Assembly (NCBI GenBank): GCA_049680085.1
Contig: JBAUHD010000168.1
Location: 1 to 37,615 of the forward strand
Direction of reading: 5' to 3'
DNA from: Acidobacteriaceae bacterium
GTDB lineage: Bacteria; Acidobacteriota; Terriglobia; Terriglobales; Acidobacteriaceae
Length of the DNA stretch: 37,615 nt
The notes beneath the pieces were generated by a model. That model made no database searches. It worked only from the letters and a program-made list of their open reading frames with translations, and had not been told where the DNA came from. Below are positions 37,296 to 37,615 of the stretch, piece by piece (the first letter of the stretch is position 1; each line of letters opens with the position of its first letter). Made by a program: the position numbers and the translations under genes.

Positions 37296-37615
37296 TCACT
37301 CTTCCCTTAAAACCTCCAGCGGCTTCTGCCCCAGAATCCGGTAACTTGCACCCCATCCGGTCAGCACTGCAAGCACCGCCGTCGCCACAACCGCGACCGC
37401 CGCGCTCCAAAGATCAAGGTGATACGGGACCTTCATCCGGTCGAGCAAAACCCGAGCCAGCAGGTTCGCAAACACCGCGCCCACCACACCGGCCAGCAGC
37501 CCCAGCACCGCGAACTCCACGCTGAACACCTGCGCAATCCGCGCCCGCGTCGCGCCCAGCGTCTTCAGCACCACCACTTCCTTGATGCGCCGGAACCGCG
37601 TGCTCGCGATGCTCG
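37296..37615 (-). CDS. FtsX-like ABC transporter permease, C-terminal part (partial)
   Basis: RFRRIKEVVVLKTLGATR, EFAVLGLLAG, TM helices, KPLEVLREE end. Confidence 0.88.
   Translation of the reverse strand, partial: SIASTRFRRIKEVVVLKTLGATRARIAQVFSVEFAVLGLLAGVVGAVFANLLARVLLDRMKVPYHLDLWSAAVAVVATAVLAVLTGWGASYRILGQKPLEVLREE

Overview
GC-rich bacterial chromosome segment whose gene content (Oar-like TonB-dependent receptors, TPR plus ASPIC/UnbV genes, a REP-like element) points to Acidobacteriota; the taxon is an inference. Left (0.6-11.4 kb): a carbohydrate-utilisation-like locus with a large six-hairpin glycosidase, a TonB-dependent receptor, a divergent membrane-anchored wHTH-like regulator, a TPR protein and an ASPIC/UnbV (CRTAC1-like) protein. 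Middle (about 11.4-25.9 kb): a visibly more AT-rich block that ends at the 3' end of a tRNA-Ser(TGA). It carries decayed fragments (large serine recombinase, IS5-like transposase, probable dnaE2), a TPR gene, a four-gene signalling operon (NarL-type regulator, orphan sugar-binding protein, DUF1080-like protein, HisKA_3 kinase), a second TonB-dependent receptor and three secreted glycosidases. The same tandem 18-bp palindrome, with 24-bp period, lies upstream of both the signalling operon and the receptor operon; this probable regulon is the best candidate for an undescribed system. Right (26-37.6 kb): Ser/Gly-repeat lipoprotein, type III PKS-methyltransferase-flavoprotein cassette, HemD-family protein, accC, accB, M24 peptidase, WcaF-like acetyltransferase, HTH protein, Xre/RES toxin-antitoxin pair and the end of an ABC permease. 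All family calls come from motif recognition by eye; no searches were run.
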